DNA of 63,685 nt, the filler included, from Chiloscyllium plagiosum (Eukaryota), in NCBI RefSeq assembly GCF_004010195.1. It is 4 parts of one record of this genome, joined end to end, with 100 filler letters (N's around TTAATTAATTAA, not from the genome) between each part and the next. Parts side by side here need not be neighbours in the genome. Positions count along the whole stretch, not along the records: positions 60,123 to 63,685 come from NC_057710.1; 3 more parts are not named here. One strand, given 5' to 3'. Shown here in pieces: positions 63,555-63,685 of this stretch (its first letter is position 1; the number at the start of each line of letters is the position of its first letter). A program made the position numbers and the translations under genes. The notes beneath the pieces are model-generated. The model saw only the letters and a list, made by a program, of their open reading frames with translations. It ran no database searches and was not told where the DNA came from.

Positions 63555-63685
63555 CAGTTCTTGTGGTTCTGTTCGCCGAGCTGGAAGTTTTTGTTGCAAT
63601 CGTTTCGTCCCCTGTCTAGGTGACATCCTCAGTGCTTGGGAGGCTCCTGTGAAGCGCTTCTGTGGTGTTTCCTCCGGCATTTATA
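63555..63685 (-). mobile_element. Terminal repeat of a third Penelope-like family (C); hammerhead-like core at 63596-63635(-)
   Basis: Minus strand gca-CTGAGGA-t-GTCACCT-agac-AGGGGAC-GAAAC-GAT-tgc. Confidence 0.65.

Overview
Eukaryotic, repeat-rich vertebrate DNA. The repeat content (HE1-type V-SINEs, abundant CR1 LINEs, Penelope-like elements) points to a cartilaginous fish, probably a shark; this is an inference. The + strand from 2539 to 27764 carries eight in-frame coding exons (639 nt, 213 codons) of PARP8, covering the start of the catalytic ART domain. One intron uses a GC-AG donor. I could not find the expected 3'-terminal exons in the remaining ~36 kb. That stretch contains three 100-bp gaps carrying an artificial TTAATTAATTAA linker; there is also one plain 356-N gap. 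Almost everything else is decayed transposable element: CR1 and a second CR1/L2-clade LINE, SINEs, Tigger-like DNA elements, a solo LTR and Tx1/L1-like pieces. The most striking unannotated signal is at least 14 insertions from three Penelope-like families. Most are short and self-complementary, and many have 10-14 bp target-site duplications. The families share a minimal hammerhead-ribozyme-like core (CUGANGA, one extra nt, stem II, GAAA, palindromic helix III) but have different stem II sequences. All coordinates were read by eye, and repeat boundaries are approximate.
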